From Neophaeotheca triangularis (lineage: Eukaryota), in assembly GCA_054600435.1 (NCBI GenBank), contig BAAIJX010000031.1:1-64000 (forward strand): a stretch of DNA of 64,000 nt, read 5' to 3'. The notes under the pieces were generated by a model. That model saw nothing but the letters and a program-made list of their open reading frames with translations, did no database searches and had not been told where the DNA came from. Positions 63,417 through 64,000 of this stretch are shown here, piece after piece. The stretch's first letter is position 1. Each line of letters begins with the position of its first letter. Made by a program: the position numbers and the translations under genes.

Positions 63417-64000
63417 GACTAGGGGGGTTTTGAGGGCTTGGGTTTGGGTATTTTGGGGCGTTGTTTGGGTTGTTGCAGTTGGGGGTGATGGTTGCATAGA
63501 CTCTTGTTTTTGTTTTGTTTGGGCGAAGTGCATCTTCGTTGTGGCATTTGGCGTTTGGAGAGTGCCAGAAATACAGTCGTTACGTACGAATTGACAAAAG
63601 TCCGATGATGCTTGAGATTAAGAAACGCCTCGCCCCTCAGAAGACTCGTCTACGATGTTCTCTGGTCGCTGTCACGAGTTGCGGTCGCAGAAGACGTCGA
63701 AGATGTGGGATGTAACAGGTCCCATCTCTATGTTACGGAGCTTTTTAATAGCTTTGGCGGCTGCTTGATCCGGCCCCTTTTTCGCTCTCCACTCACACAA
63801 TCGTACCAAATCCTCCCCAAATCAAGAGAACACATACTCTGCCCATTATCCTCCCCATCTTGACCACTAGAAAATAGAAAAGAAAACACACACATCACCC
63901 ACAAGGGCCACAACACCCACAAAAACGAACCCTCCCTCCCAGCCACCTATATTCCCACTGCAAAAAGAAACCCCTCTCACAGCGCCTTTGCCCAAACGTC

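Overview
This is a gene-dense stretch of a eukaryotic genome from a filamentous ascomycete (Pezizomycotina; Dothideomycetes-like by gene style, which is inference). Introns are short GT..CTRAC..YAG spliceosomal introns. About 26 protein genes can be modelled by hand: Zn2Cys6 and C2H2 transcription factors, a SnoaL-like protein, an amino-acid permease, an OsmC-like protein, a DAK-like protein, GAL7, a Cdc25/Acr2-type rhodanese phosphatase, SEC27, NPC2, VMA7, LEU1, an M28 leucine aminopeptidase, a Ca2+/H+ exchanger, a SurE-like phosphatase, L-galactonate dehydratase, a PAP2 membrane protein, ACB1, ORC4, SEH1, ALG7, a GH71 glucanase, a GST, a spherulin-like cupin and two hypotheticals. No transposon or CRISPR array was seen. 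The standout feature is a minus-strand tRNA-Trp(CCA) gene (23017..22885) interrupted in its T-stem by a 61-nt insert carrying spliceosomal signals (GTTAGT...CTAAC...AAG). Removing the insert exactly restores the T-stem, acceptor stem and discriminator, and an oligo-T Pol III terminator follows. Other leads are a DAK with a degenerate K domain, an apparently mosaic gene, and a CCGN4CGG site in the shared LEU1/aminopeptidase promoter. All calls were made by eye, without database searches.
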